From Isurus oxyrinchus (Eukaryota), in the NCBI GenBank assembly GCA_026770705.1, contig JANJGN010000035.1:8556001-8620000 (forward strand): a DNA stretch of 64,000 nucleotides, given 5' to 3'. Both the position numbers and the translations under genes were made by a program. The notes beneath the pieces were generated by a model. It was not told the origin of the DNA. It did no database searches and saw only the letters and a program-made list of their open reading frames with translations. This document shows positions 37,641 through 51,060 of the stretch, piece after piece. The number at the start of each line of letters is the position of its first letter. Position 1 is the first letter of the stretch.

Positions 37641-39359
37641 ATGGGTGGGGGCACAGGGGTATACTCTCAGGAAACAGTTACCTGGCAGCAAACCACATCG
37701 AATGTTGTCCCCATGAATTCCGATATGATCAAGTCAAACGATGGCAAATGAAACTTATGTTGGCTTTTGCCAGTCGTGAATTGTGGTAGATATTTACACA
37801 GCAATGGAGGCTACAAGAATGCCCCATTCCCAATGATGCTGGAGCATAGCAGGCCAGTACAAAATACAACGCTGAATCATTTGCCAGCACTTACAGCCAG
37901 AAGAGCCAAATTGATGATTCAAAGCACCTGATTTTAAGAGGTGGGAAGAAAAATTTGATGCAGCAAAGGTTTTGAGCCCTGAAAATATGCTGAAAGTATT
38001 ACTGAAATATTCTGCTCCAGATATTACTGCCCCCTTATCCATTTTTTTTCCAATAGAGTTATTTCACTGGAATCCACCCAGCAATGGGACAAATTGTCAA
38101 GGTACGATCTGTCCTCAGGAAAATAAAAAAAAAAAACAGAATTCAACTCAGAAAATGACAACTCCGTTCATCCTCTCTCGATCATTGGCAAAGTGCTGCA
38201 AACAGTAGTCGACAGTGCTATCAGACATATCGGACTCAGAGTTAAACTTTTAACTTATGTTCAGTTTTTTAACCAGGGCGATTTTCCCCAATGCAGCAGT
38301 CAAACCTATCTCAAAGGAATGCAGTTGTGGCTGGTGGAACTGAATCCTTTCAAATCCAGGACATCACTGCATGGTGCTCGCAGGGTACTGCCCCATACCC
38401 AATTATATCCCAATACTTCATTATTAACGTTCCATTTATTACAAGTTCTGAGTGATGATGATATCCGATCATTGCACATTGTTCAGTACGTTTATCCATT
38501 TTTTTTTAGGCCCTGAAGCAGGAAGGCGTGGAAACTTTCAGGCTTGTGCAATTAACATTCGCAGCACACAATTGCAGACAATAGCCACATCCAACAAGTG
38601 AGAATCCAAATATATCCCCTTGACAATCATTGGCATTAGAAGTGCTGACGCCATACTATCGACATTCTGGGAGTTATAAATGATCAGAAACTGAACACGA
38701 CCAACCATATAAGTACAGCATCAACAAAAAGATGTAAGAATAGGGAAGATCCGCAAAAAAAACTTACTCACCACCTGGCTCCACAACGGCTATCAACCAT
38801 TCAAAAGTTACAAGTCAGGAATCTGTTGGAATATAATCCAATTGCCTTTATGAGTGCAGCTCCATCAATAGTCCAGAAGCTCGAAATATCCAGGAAATGG
38901 AGGCCTTCTTGGTTGGGACGCCGTCAACTACCTGAAACAAGGAGGCTCTGCACCACCTATGCACAGTGGCAAGAATGAATACCATCTATAAGATGTACTG
39001 TGTCAAATTGCCAGTAATCCTTAGACAGTCTCCTCCAAATTCCAGAACCCTACCACTGAGATGCAGTAGGGCAGCAAATGCATGGCAACACGACAAGCTC
39101 CAAGTCATTGCCCAAGCCGCATGCCATCTCTTCTTCAAACTACGTTGTCATCCCTTCACTGTCTTTGAGTCAAGACCCTCGATATCCCTCCGTAATAACA
39201 GTATGGATGTAGCTACACAACATGGGATGCATCTGTTAAAGATAGTGGCTTACCACTACCTTTGGAATGGCAATTAGGAGTACGAAATGAAAACACTGGC
39301 CTAGCCAGTGGCGGCCACCTCTGCTGAATGAGCAAAACTAAAAAGGAAATTAAAATTAA

Positions 39360-39802
39360 CAACACACAAGCAGCTGGAAACTACCCAGGACAAAGCAGCT
39401 CAATTCGTTGACATAACATCCAGAAACATTCACTACAAACACCGGCACACAGTGGCAGCAGATTCTACCAAGCACTAGATGCACTGCAGAATCTCATCAA
39501 GTCTGTTTCACACTTTCGAAACCCGCGTCTGCCACCATCTGGACGGGCAAAGGTTAAGATACATCGAGGTACCACTAGCTGGAAGTTCGTTTTCAAGTCA
39601 CCCAGCATCCTGATTATAATTCCATCACTGTGGCTAGGTCAAAATAATGGAAATCTCCCTAATAGCACTGTGGATGTACCTACACCACAGGAGCAGCAGC
39701 GGTTGAGGATGGCAGCTTAGCACGATCTTCTCAAGGGCAGTTCAGATGGGCAATAAAAGCTACCTATCGATGGATGTCCGCAACCTTTAAATGAATAAAA
39801 AA
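39360..39802 (+). mobile_element. Second LINE family B 3' end, in tandem with the first
   Basis: ccagggacaaagcagc...gatgggcaataaa...atgaataaaaaa. Confidence 0.75.
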
Positions 39803-40399
39803 TGTTCCTTACTACTTCCACAGAATCAAATTCGCCTGCCTCGTGTTCCTTCCTACAAGGTCCCTATATTTTCAAGCCATGATAATGCTTCCAGCCCCCT
39901 TACCATTCAGTGAATCCATTATCGCTGTTTTGCATTCTTACAATTCAAGCCCTATTGATAAGAAGGATGCCTCTCTCACAGCACAAGATTTTATGTTTGG
40001 GTCCGCTCACCTTTTCAAAGATTGACGCCCTTAAAAGACAGATTATTGACAAATTTAGGGTCTGACAGGAGGAGTTCAGTCGCAGGGGAAAGGTTGAAAT
40101 TAGCCACGTTTCAATTTTCTGCATTAAAAATTGCCTGTCTGTCTTGCACATTACCGATGCTTGTTCCATAGAGAATAAAAAAACTACACAATAATTAAGA
40201 CTCGTGAAAATATTTCAGCCAAAACCCACCAAACGTAAACAACTCGTCTCTTAAAATTACTTCTGCAGTTTTATCTTCTGGGTGACAGCTGGCTTTTCTT
40301 TTTGTTAAACCACTAAGGCTGTGGAGGTAATAGTCAGGAAACGTGCCATACACCAGAAATAGAAATTGTAAGTCAGGTCGATTTATATTTTTCCCTACT

Positions 40400-43300
40400 C
40401 TCCATAGTTATTCACCCCCACACACTATTTTGATGCCTAAACAGCAATTCGAGACCTATCAATAAGAAGGACACCCCTCTCACAGCATAAGATTTTACGT
40501 TGGGGCCCACTCATTCTTTCACAGATGGACGAACTTAAATGGCAAATTATTGACAACTTTAGGGCCTGACGGGTGGAGTTCAGCGGCAGGGGAAAGCTCG
40601 AAAATTAGCCATGTTCAGGTCCTGGCGCAAACGGTGGAGTTCACGGGGAAGCGCCTCAAAAACATGACTCCATTTAACAGCGAAGGACAAGAGAAAGCTC
40701 TAAACTGTGTGGGCTCCCCTCTTTAACTAGAATAACTGCTCCTTCATTCCCCTTAATGAAGGCGGAAGCAAACTATTCAATGAGAACACTTCCACATCTT
40801 CTGCATCATGTATACCTCTGCTCGACCATACTTTCCATAGTCATCTCTGGATTACTCCCAGTGTGACATTATACCGAGCTCAAAAATACGAGAAGAACGC
40901 AGATGAATGCGTGGCCTAAGAGTGGTGCAGGAAGCAGGGTTTCAGATTTCATGATCACATGGACCGTTTCACGGGATGTTCGGACCGATACAAGTGGGAC
41001 GGTCAACATCTGAACCACAGCGGGACTAACATCCTTGAAGGCGGTTTTTCTGGAGCTGGTGGGAGGAGTTTATGCTAATTCGGCAGGGGGAGGGGACACG
41101 GAATGATAGCAGAATATGGACACAACATAATACACTAAAACTATCAAGTCAGAGGAAGTACAGATGCATTAAGTTTCTTCGTGTTAAGGCAAGGCTGGAT
41201 TGCCTCTTCTTTAGTCCCGGGGAAAACAGGAAAAACGGATGCGTCAAAGGTAAGGATTGACAAGAAGAATTTTGACATATTAGCCATCACTAAGAGGTGG
41301 TTGAGGGAGGGACAAGATTAGCAGCTCAACTTTCCGTGATATATGAACTTCAGGCGAGACAGGGGAGGGAGAGTGTAGGGAAGGATAAACAAGGAGGAGT
41401 CATTGCATTATTACTTAAAGAATTATTTGCTGCAATGAGAGGAGATGATATCGTTAAGCGGGCATCGAATTAAGCTTTGTGGGTAGAGCTTAGGAATAAA
41501 AAGGGGGCAGACACACTCTTACGTGTTTATTGCAGGACTCCAGATCGTCAGCAGGAAATGAGGATCAAGCATATGCACAGTTGGTTGATCTGTGAAAAAA
41601 ACAATAAAAATAGGGTAATTGTGTTCACTGTTTTCACCGTTCCCAACAATAAGTGGGATAGACATTGGCAAGAGCTTGGATGTAGTGGATATCTTGAAAT
41701 GTGTACAGGGAAACTTTTTTAGTTTATATGTCTGGTGTCCAACAAGAGACGTGGCAGTGCTGTTCCTGATTCTGAGGAATGAACCCAGATAGTTGGCAGT
41801 GGTTTTGTTGGGGGAGCATTTTAGTGATAGTGGAAATTTAACCTTGTTATGTAACAATCAATAGACACCTTGCATAAAAATGTTTTGGATTGCAGAAGAA
41901 CAGAATTTAGTGAAATAAGGCAGCTTAAGAACAAGTTCGACTGGGAACAGCTACTTCGGGGAAAATCAATAGATGAGCAATGGTGCTGTTCAAAAAGGAA
42001 ATTGCGAGAGTACTGGTTCGGCATGTTACATTCAGGGGGATAGGAAGAAGAAATAAGCCCAGAGAACCAGAGATATTCGAAGAAGGAAAGATAGGCCTTT
42101 AGGAGGGTAAAGACGAGCAAACCAGTGGAAACATTAGTGGAGTGAAGAAAGTGCAGGGTGTAGCTAAGAAATCAAATCGGAGAGCAAGGGGGTGATAAGA
42201 AAAAGCTCTGGCTTGTAAAAGTAGGGAAAACACCAAGATATTCTATAAATATATAAATGGAGAGAGGATAATCAGGGAAAGAGTATGGCCGATTAGTGAC
42301 AAACGGGGAAGTCCTTGGGTGGAGCCACAGGGTATTGGTAGAGATTTGAACGAATACTTCTCATCCGTTCTCATCCCAAGAGAATGAGGATGAAGCTATC
42401 GAACTCGGGGAGAGAGAAAGCGAGACTCTTGAGCAAATTGATGTGTGCCATGACAACGTATTGGAGGTGATGGCAATTTAATGCTGAACAAATCTCCAGA
42501 TACTGTCCTAGGCTGCTGAGGGAGGAAATGGAGGAGATTGCAGTTGCTCTAACTCAAATTTGCAATTCCAAAATGGCCACGTGGGAGTTGCCAGTGAACT
42601 GGAGAACAGCTATTGTGGTTCCGGTATTTAAGACGGGTTGTAGAGGCAAGCCAAGGAACTGCAGAGCAATTACCTCATGTCAGTGGCATGGAAAATATTG
42701 AAAATAATTCTGAAGGAAAGAATCTATCTCCACTCGGAGAGGCAATGTTTGTTGAGAATTGTGAGCATGGCTTTATTAGAGGGAGGTCATGCCTCACAAA
42801 TTTGATTGTTTTTTTTGAAGGGATGACCTGGTGTGTAGCTGAGGGTAATGCTGTTGATGTAGTTTATGTGGATTTCAGCAAAGGCTTTAAAGGGTTTCCA
42901 CATGGGACTCTAATAAATAAGCCAATTTATATGGGATACAGGCTAATAAGATGAGGTTGATAAAAATGGCTTACTTGTTTGAGACAGAGGATGATGACAG
43001 AAGGATGCTTAAGTGACTGAAAGACAGTGTTCAGTGGAGTACCAGAGGGATTTGTGCTCGGTCCCCTATTATTTGTCATTTATATAAACGATATAGAAGA
43101 CTATGTGGGACATACAATTACTAAGTTTGCAGATAACAAAAAGATTGTCTGCATGGTGAACAATGAGTTTGAATATATTCGGTACAGGAAGGTATAGACG
43201 GGGTGGTCAAATTGGCAGATAATTGTCAGATGGAATTTAACCCAAGTCAATGTGAGATGATTCACTTTGGAAGGAGTAATTTAACAAGCAAGTATTCAAT

Positions 43301-44020
43301 GAATGACATAACAGTAGGGAATTCTGAGGAACAAAGGTGCCTTGGTGTATGAATCCATTGACCTCTGAATTCAGAGCGGCATTTTAGATGCCTGGTGAAA
43401 AAGCCCAAAGGACCTTGCCATTATCAATGAAAGCATCAATTACAAAAGGAGTCATGTTGGAGTTGTATAGAACTTATTGAGGCTACAGCTAGAGTACTGA
43501 TTGCAGTTCTGGTCGCCACAATATAGGAAGGACTTGATTTCATTGGCGGAAGTGCAGAGGAAATTCACCAGATTATTGCCTGGGATGAAATATTTAAGTT
43601 CTGAAGAGAGGTTGAATAGACATTGGTGGTTATCGGCTGAACAAAGAAGGCTGATGGGCGACCCAATCGAGGTGAACACGTTTATGTGGGGCTTGGACAG
43701 GTTGGAAAGGGAACAGCTTTTCCCCTTATTTGAAGGATGAGTCACGGGGGGACATAAGTGTAAGGAGAGGGGCAGCAGGTTTAGGGCTGATGCGAGGGAA
43801 AAAAAAACTTTTTACCCAAGGGTTGGTGACGGTCTGGAATGCGCTGCCTGGGAGGGTGGTTGAGGCGGGTTCCCTCACCTCTTTTAAAAACCACATGTAT
43901 GAACACTTGACACGTCATAACATACAAAGCTACCGGCCAATTGCTGGCAAATTGGATTAGTTCGAAAGGTTATTTGTTTATCCCTGGTCGGTGCAGACTC
44001 GATGTGATTCTGTGCTTTTA
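40400..44020 (+). mobile_element. CR1 LINE (family A): ORF1 3' part (SGNH/esterase-like) plus complete but degenerate ORF2
   Basis: DGQHLNHSGTNIL; LWVELRNKKG; HGFIRGRSCLTNLIVFFE...VDVVYVDFSK; GVPEGFVLGPLLFVIYIND; QFWSPQYRKD...VQRKFTR; WNALPGRVVEA. Confidence 0.93.
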
Positions 44021-45314
44021 ATCGCTTGGTTTTAATACATTTTCAAAATCTCGTTGGATTATCTTTAATTTTACCAAAAAACTGATGTTCATACAATCTC
44101 TGCTTTCCTAATTAACTTTTTTTTTTATTTCACCCCCTGCTGTGCCTCCAGTCCCACCTTCTCGAAGCAATTATCTGTGTTATTCACAGTCACAGCTTCA
44201 CGTTCTTGAACACTAACCAAAACGGTCAATGCAAACCTGAGGGATCTGACTTCTTTCTGCATATATGTGACCATTTAACATTCCCCTAGCCCGATGTGCA
44301 GCATTACCTTCATTGCTGTCAGCCCAGGATCAAGTCTATGCCGCATTTCATCAGTAAGCTTTACATATTGCTTAATGCATCGTTCCCACGTTTAGCAAAT
44401 TCCAGCATTATCAAACCCACATCTTAACACTGCGCTAAACAGAACTCAGCGCAGGGATAATGCTTCATGTAGTCCAAGAGATGTAAGATGGGGGCACATT
44501 TATTCTATCAGTATAATTCACAGACATGGTAATAGAATCTGCAGAGTAGAGATGGGTCATACAGACGTGATTGCTGATAGCGCCTCTATGTAGAAAGTGC
44601 ATTAAAAATCTGGGACATTTCACCGGGAAATTGTGTAGGTCAATTAAAAACTTCAAAACCAGTTATTTGTTCGCGAAGTATGCATGAACATGGGAAAATA
44701 AGAATAGCCTAAGTGGCACTGTAGATTGGACTATTAACTGAACACTCTGTTCAATGGGAGAATTTCTCTTCTCACGTACATTTCTAAGATCTCCGAACAT
44801 GTTACATTTTCATAGAAATAGAGTAATGCGTATAATTAGAAAAGGTTTCAGCAATAAGAAAATAAATCATCAGGTCATGAAACGTGTTAATTCAGATCTC
44901 TCACTGCCTACATTACTTTGGGCAATAGTTATATCCTTGCATAAACTGAAAGTAGTAGTTTCTCCTCGCAATCTGCTTTGCTTTGTTAATGAAGAACTTT
45001 ATGGTGAGGGCACGGACTGATTCCAAACACAGATTAAGGTTTCACTCTTTAATCTATTAAACAGTTGGTTTAAGTGGCAATGGCAAAAAAATCACCCATT
45101 TCATACGAAGGATTAACGATTGATATGAAATAGTAAAACAATCCCTGAATTTTGAACCTGAAGGTGAATTACATGGTGTAGCTGTCTATGCAATTGTCTG
45201 TGCGCAGAGAATGTATGTTCATAAAATACCGAAGGTTGTGTTTTTTTTAACCATCATGATTGTCCTTTAATCAGGGTGTGTTCAGTGACCTTGAGAAAAC
45301 GCAATACTGACTTA

Positions 45315-45420
45315 GTCAAAACACAGAATAACCTGGAAAAACTTAGCAGGTCTGGCAGCATCGGCGGAGAAGAAAAGTGTTGATGTTTCCAGTCCTCATG
45401 ACCCTTCAATAGAACTGTGC
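45315..45420 (-). mobile_element. Penelope-type terminal repeat with hammerhead-like core
   Basis: Reverse complement gttctattgaagggtcatgaggactggaaacatcaac...ccgatgctgccagacctgct is nearly identical to 56417-56500. Confidence 0.8.
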
Positions 45421-45569
45421 TTAGTCATGTAATTTAAAACCGACATTAAAACTATTGAAGATGATCAGAGCTTGGATTTACTGAGGACACTTATTTTGTT
45501 TTACTGTACTGGAAGGGAGGTGCTAGCAATTATCAGTTTAGCAATGCATTGTTGTTGAACAAACGTTTA

Positions 45570-45920
45570 GGCTTGTATTTTAATTCCTGCATGTGATGTA
45601 GTCATCAGTGGCTAGGCCAGCATTAATTGACCATTACTAACTGCCATTGAGTATGTGGTCGTGACCTGCCTGCATGAAGCGCTGCAGTTCATGTAGTGTG
45701 CATACACCGACAGTGCTGTTAGGGAGGGTGTTGTGGAATTTTGTTGCAGCGGCAGTGAAGAAAAGGGGATGTATTTAAAATTCAGGCTAATGACTGGCAG
45801 GGATGGAACACTCCAGGTGGTTGTGTTCCCATGTGTCTAATGCACTTGTTCTTCTACTTCTTAACTGTTGTGGGTTCGGAATTTGCTGACCTGGGTATTG
45901 ATCATGTTGTAGTCATTTAA
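45570..45920 (-). mobile_element. LINE family B 3' end
   Basis: gtggctaggccagcattaattgacc tail and body matching 23160-23460. Confidence 0.7.
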
Positions 45921-46149
45921 AAAAAATCAAACGTGTTGCATATAAACTTGAAAGGTGTTGTTCAGGTGTCACATGTTTACGTATTAAGAAGTGATTATCA
46001 GGCTCGTGAGGTGGCGCAAAATTGGCGATGCTCAATCGGCCAATACTTTCAGTTTGCCTCTAACACTCTGTTCCATTGCAAATAAAAGAATTAAATCTCA
46101 GAAGCTGTGGAGAACAAGCAGCGGAAATAACACTGTCCATTTTGTGGCA

Positions 46150-49100
46150 CAGAGCGAGACAAATGTATAACCTTCTGTGGCACAGCGTTAATTAAATGAG
46201 CGTGAAAGAGCACCAGTTACTTGAGTTCGAGGCAGGGAGTAAAGGGGCGACAGGGCAGAGCGAGAAATGTTTGAGCCACTGTGGTGCTTGATAGGGCCTG
46301 TGAGAAGCGAGAATCGTTGGAGATAGAGCATGGTTAGCCGGTTGTATGCAGTTTCAAAGCATTTGTTCTGGAACCAAAATTGTGGCATGACATCACAGAG
46401 TACGGAGTGGCTGAGTGTTGGATGTGCTTTTTCTATTAATCTTATTTTGGAGATTTCAATCGGGCAGATGAATCAGGGTTCTTATAATAACAATAGTAAT
46501 AATAACAATAACAATAATTATATTAATACCAGCACAAACAATACCAGAAAAATTTGTTAAAATAAATAACTATTTTCATCAAACACTATGAGTGTCGCAG
46601 GCCAGATGATGAGTTCTGACATCAGAAAGTGGGTTCTGGTGATTAAGAAGTGATTTCGGGCAACAACTACTGAGATATGTGTCTTCTGTTTGAGGAATTT
46701 TGGCTGAGGCTTACTGAGTTTGAGGCAGAGGTAGATAAACTGTAATGTATCGGGAGGGGTAAAATTACCCAGATAATTTGATCCAGAATACAATCACTGC
46801 AATCAAGCTTGGGAGTTTGTATTTGCCACATGATCAGGGGCAAATGCGTACAACTGTTAATGAGGCACGTTTGGAAACGAAAAAGGTAGCAGTTGATTGA
46901 ATTTCAGCCATTACAATTGTCCATTAGTTTCAAGATTCTTGTGAAATTTTATGGATGAGAGTGCAGTGGGGTTGGGGGATGGGGAGGGTGGGGGCGTGGG
47001 TGTGGGTGCGGTTGATGCAAGGCTGATGAGCCAGGTGGCCATTACACTGTGCTGTAGGAAACGCTTCTAGAGGTGGGTGCAAGTAGGGATGTAATTATAG
47101 TGGAGACAATAGAGTCAATGGAATAGAAATAGTTCTATGTAGCTGAGAAAGAGAGCCCAGACAGTTGAGATAACTGACCATTGCCATTTACTTGGACAAC
47201 GGTTTGGCTGGAAAGTGGCTTGCAATTGGATTTGGACCTGTTAATTCATGTAGATTACGTAGGTTAAAACGACAGAGATCGTACTGGGAAAGAGAGTCTG
47301 AATACCGAGTATGCGTAGAGGGCCAACATTGTGAAGAACTATCTAAATTTTTGTAAACTCTTTATTATTACCGGGGTCTCAAGCAATTTGCAATGGAGCC
47401 ACTGAGGTCAGGGACATGAATATGTCGTTCAAAGATAACTGTGGGAGAAATAGGCTTTCATTATTGTACACTGGCACCAATAATGTATAATTGAGTAGCT
47501 GGACCGTTCGGACGGTCATCGGCTACATCGTGCTGGAACCAGTCTTCTGGTGAATTGATTAACTGGGGCGGCAGAAGTGAACTTTTCTTTTTCAGACTAA
47601 ATCGCGGAGAAGTGGGGCTGGGCGACATTCACGTGAAGGTAAAATGCTAAATCAATTGGAAAGGGACAATTTAGAACAGCGAGATAGCCATAAGTGCCTT
47701 TACAATGAAACAGGGGGAGGAATTGGTTGTGCATGCACATCTACGATTGCAACCGCAAGTGTTTAGAGAAACCAGAAAAAAGGAAGAAGTAAGCAATCTG
47801 CAACTGACTGCACATGGCATTGGTACCAAAATAACTGGTTTGTTTTGGCGACAGGGGGTAATACGCTCATAGTGGACATCCTTTACTCGAAGCATTCAGG
47901 GGAGAGGCTTCAACGTATTGAAGTCTTTGAAAACGTCAATTCACAGCAGTTGCATTTATAAAGCAGTTTTGTAGCAGAGTGAAAGCTACCTAACCCGCGG
48001 CCTTCCTGTTATCTGTGGGCGTCGACATCCACAGTCAGTTTCCAAATGCTCTTTGTAAAGGCACATCTACGACATATGCACAGAAAAGCAACCAATATGA
48101 GCAGGCCAAAGTTCTCGGTGGAAAGGCACGGCAATATAAAATAATAAAACAACTTTAGGTGTTTAACTGAGCCAATGTCCTACTAATTCTTCATAAAATA
48201 GATAAACATATTATCTCACATAGTTAAACAATGTTCCGCTCGAAAATTAAAATGTAATTGGCATTTTGAAAGAACAGGAAAGAAAGAGAAAAACGTATTT
48301 AAATTGAACTATTAATTAAGTATGACATTAGTGCAATAGGAAATGAAAATCCTGGTTCTCAAGAACAAGATAAATAATCAGTTTTGGTTAGCGACAAGAA
48401 ATTACAAAGTGCAGGATTCAGTTGTGGAAGAAGGTTTAGGCCCTTTAACAACTGTTGGAGTGAGTCACAGGGATATATTATTGAAGCTTTAAAGGAAGAA
48501 TATGCAGTTACAATGGCTTTTTTAAAAAGTGCATTAAAATTGACATTCAAATCAGCAAACGTAGACCGAACATAAGTTAACAGACTGGTTTCTAGGGAAG
48601 TTATTAGAACAGCACGATGTGCTGTACAGCAGAGAGTAAAGTGTCATGTGCCTGGTGATGTGCAATTGTGCAGAATTACTTAATGGCTTTAATTAGTCAT
48701 AGCATGATCAAGTTTACTACTTACTTTTATGGACGAAAGGGGACTGTCCAAGCATAGTGTTTTCCACATGATTGAGACAATGATAAGGCTCTGAACATGG
48801 ATATCTCTAACGTGAACAGCGAAAATAGAATATTTTGTAGGTCAATACAAATCCATTGATAGGCACTTGGGCGAATAACTGTAAAATTCATCAAGGTATC
48901 TTCCATTGTGAAAGAAAAGCTTTTTGGAACATAGCAAATGTAACTCATCTATTCAAAAATTGACAAAGAAAGAAAGCATTGAGCCATAGGGACGATAGGC
49001 AAAAATCTAACACTGTGAAATCGGAAATCTGTTGCGAAGGAGGTTATAGCCGGGAACTTAGGCAATCTTAATGGGTTTATTCCGGGAAAATAAGATTTTA

Positions 49101-49780
49101 TGAGCGTAAAATAATGTTTTTTTTTGTAATTTATTAGAGTCATTTGAGGAAGTAACAATTAACGCTGTTAAAGGGGAACGTGTAAATCTAAATGTCGAAT
49201 GATGTTCTGCCACCTCAAACTCCGACACAAATAAAAAGGAGCTCATGGGTCGAGGAAAATATATTCTTCTGGGTAGTGAGTAACTGTTCTTAATCGAATA
49301 AATGAAATGCTGTGGAGTTAAGTACTGTGCTCTCGAGCATGTACAGTCTACATCAATATCTTGGATGCCGGGAGTTAATGCATGCTAGCTAAATGAGACT
49401 ATTACACAAACACATATAGCAAAAAATGTTGCCAACAGGAGTAGAGTCTGCAAATGGAACTTTGAAGTGAATAGGTAGAAATTAGGCAGATGGGACACAA
49501 TGTGGAAACATTGAATCTGACCAATTTCAACTTAGAAATAAAAAGCACAAAACTATTTATCTGTATATAGATGGTAAAGTTCGGACGTACTGAAGAAACA
49601 GAATGTACCTATGGATGAATCAAGAAAAAGGAAGCTCGACAGTTCATAATTTTTTTTAGAAATCAACTAGAATGGTAGAATTTACTGCAAGTGGAATGAA
49701 CCAGGAATATCAGGGAAGCTTTAATGCAACTGGACAGTGACTGTGTAAGATCACATCTGGAACATTGTGCATCGTTTTTG
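46150..49780 (+). mobile_element. Old, heavily decayed near-full-length CR1 LINE (family A) with ORF1 zinc-finger/coiled-coil start
   Basis: ORF1-like LFEEFWLRLTEFEAEV at ~46690; SGNH-type segments at 47080-47560; ORF2 remnants ending RSHLEHCASF at 49750. Confidence 0.65.
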
Positions 49781-49789
49781 CATAAAAAT

Positions 49790-50400
49790 AAAATATGGGT
49801 TAGAATGTTTAATCATGATGGCAGGGTTTCCCGCCCCACCTTCCGAAGCTTGGGCAGGGCACACATCCGAACAAAACTGACTGTTCCACGGCGAATTCAT
49901 GGTTCAAGAGCCTTAACTAGCTGCCGGTGGGACGTCTGACCCACAGTCGGGATGCAGTACATATTAGAGATAGCAGCTTATCTGCAACTCTGCCGTCCCT
50001 GTAGCTCCATAAGCTGCTGTGGACAGATTTGGGACGGCAGGCAGTTGCCGGGCCCTAGGTGCTGGCTTTACATGAAGAGGTTTGCTTTATGTCTTCCGAA
50101 TTGTGGAAGGAAAGGGCGGCTTCCTGGTTTTGGCAGGGGTATTTGGACGGGCTGCAGAGGTGGACAGTGTTGTACCGGTAGCATGACCTTAAGGAGTTGG
50201 TGTCGAAATTAAAGCAGCTTTATGATTGAGAATTCACCCACCTTCGCATTTACCATCTGCAGCGCGAGGTCTGAATCTAAATATTTTAGGCCTTACCCAA
50301 TTCCCGTAGAGTCCTCTGGCTGGCCTAAAAATGCAGAGTGGTTGGGACCAACATTATGTGGTGAAGATTTTGCCAATTAAGGCGCTCATTTGGGGTACCT
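49790..50400. mobile_element. GC-rich putative non-autonomous DNA transposon
   Basis: Abrupt GC-rich insert between two CR1 pieces; similar in style to 27200-27900. Confidence 0.35.
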
Positions 50401-51060
50401 CCACCAGACTTCCAGGCAACACTTTGTGGACCTGATCCACTTGTTGAGTGAGAAAAGTCGTTTTCTCACGTCACATTTCTTTTTTTTGCAAATCACTTTA
50501 AATCTGTGCCCTTTCAATCTTCATCATTTACAAGCGAGAAAAAACTGTTCCTTATCTACTCTGCCTAGGCCACTCATTATTTTTAAAATACCTCTCAAAT
50601 CTTCACTTTCCGTGCTTCTCTCCACGTAGGAAAGCCCCAAACTCTCTAATCCATCTCATAGATGAATTACTTTAGCCCTGGAAGCATTTCTGCAAACCAT
50701 TTCTGCACTGTCTCCAATGTGTTCATGTCCTTCTTATAATGTGGCGCCCCAAACTTTACTAAAATGTCCACCTGATGTCTAACGAGTGTTGTGTATAATT
50801 TCAGCATAACCTCCCGGCTCTTCTACACTATGAACTTATTAATGAACAACACGATATTAAATTTTTATTAAATGCTTTCTCAAAATGTCCTTCCACTTTC
50901 AATGATCTGTACTCAGGTGCTCTCAGGCCTTCATGCTCCTACAACACCTTCAAATATTCAACGCATAATTGATATGGGCTGTCCATGTCCTTCCTAACAA
51001 AATACATCTTTTCCTCATCGAACTTCATCTGTCAACTTTCTGCCCACTCTATCAATTCCA
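50400..51060 (-). mobile_element. CR1 LINE (family A) 3' ORF2 fragment
   Basis: Reverse complement gives FGAPHYKKDMNTLETVQK.F motif. Confidence 0.8.

Larger units (their letters stand above)
36850..39345 (+). mobile_element. CR1-group LINE family B copy interrupted by nested insertions
   Basis: ORF2 start gaccctgcaaagt; KVLSPENMLKVLLKYSAPDITAPL; ILGVINDQKL; tail ggcctagccagtggcggccac. Confidence 0.75.

Noticed and set aside
48650-48680. gtgatgtgcaattgtgcagaa resembling the missing RVMMQIVQE exon
   Set aside because: It needs several indels, lies 17 kb beyond the terminal exon inside a decayed CR1, and has no continuation.
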